DNA of 63,465 nt, the filler included, from Pirum gemmata (Eukaryota), in assembly GCA_002812295.1 (NCBI GenBank). It is 16 parts of 16 records of this genome, joined end to end, with 100 filler letters (N's around TTAATTAATTAA, not from the genome) between each part and the next. Parts side by side here need not be neighbours in the genome. Positions count along the whole stretch, not along the records: positions 60,063 to 63,465 come from PDIN01002564.1; 15 more parts are not named here. One strand, given 5' to 3'. Made by a program: the position numbers and the translations under genes. Positions 63,143 through 63,465 of the stretch are shown here, piece after piece. A model generated the notes under the pieces. That model did not search any database and was not told the origin of the DNA. It saw nothing but the letters and a program-made list of their open reading frames with translations. Position 1 is the first letter of the stretch. Each line of letters begins with the position of its first letter.

Positions 63143-63465
63143 CAATTTATTTTGCCACTCTTAATATTTATTTGGTGGGGTATAAAATTTAAATTGATCT
63201 TTTTAAATGAGGAAATAGATAATAAAATATACCAAATTAAATGAAATGGATTTATATTATTTTAATTTGGTACTATTTATTGTAAGTAAGTTTTAGAGAC
63301 TACATATTTGGTGAATACATCTTTTTTTAGGTAAAAACGCATGAATAAAGTTTGGATGAGCTAAGGTTGACACTCTGCTATTTATAATAACATTTCTATG
63401 CTATAAAATATACAATAAATAGTACCAAATTAATACAATACAAATCCTTTTCATTTAATTTGGTA
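63143..63465. mobile_element. Two partial TA-flanked MITE copies in opposite orientation
   Basis: Family core at ~63143-63283 and ~63378-63465. Confidence 0.7.

Overview
Very AT-rich, microsatellite-laden eukaryotic nuclear DNA with GT-AG introns and many interstitial TTAGGG/TTAAGG repeats. Gene content fits a unicellular opisthokont-like protist, but that is inference only. The window is not one locus. Fifteen identical 100-nt spacers (N44-TTAATTAATTAA-N44) join 16 pieces, mostly about 3.4-3.5 kb, so neighbourhood across spacers carries no information. Recognisable genes or fragments are: the RNA Pol I largest subunit 3' end, a C2H2 finger protein, an intronless FAD monooxygenase with MICAL-like motifs, a PT-linker surface protein, an MBOAT/wax-synthase acyltransferase with exon blocks in swapped order, a GCDH exon, an SR-protein 5' end, a class C-type 7TM receptor fused to an OpuAC/ProX-like binding domain, a PiT phosphate transporter, a secreted protein with an unrecognised 35-aa repeat, a phospholipase B 5' end, a Polinton-like integrase-chromodomain remnant next to a broken DUF5690 gene, and an acyl-CoA oxidase/dehydrogenase exon. 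Intergenic DNA holds several MITE families with TA, TTAA or 8-bp target duplications, plus Harbinger-like ends. Most short ORFs in the track are translated microsatellites. All family calls come from motif recognition by eye; no searches were run.
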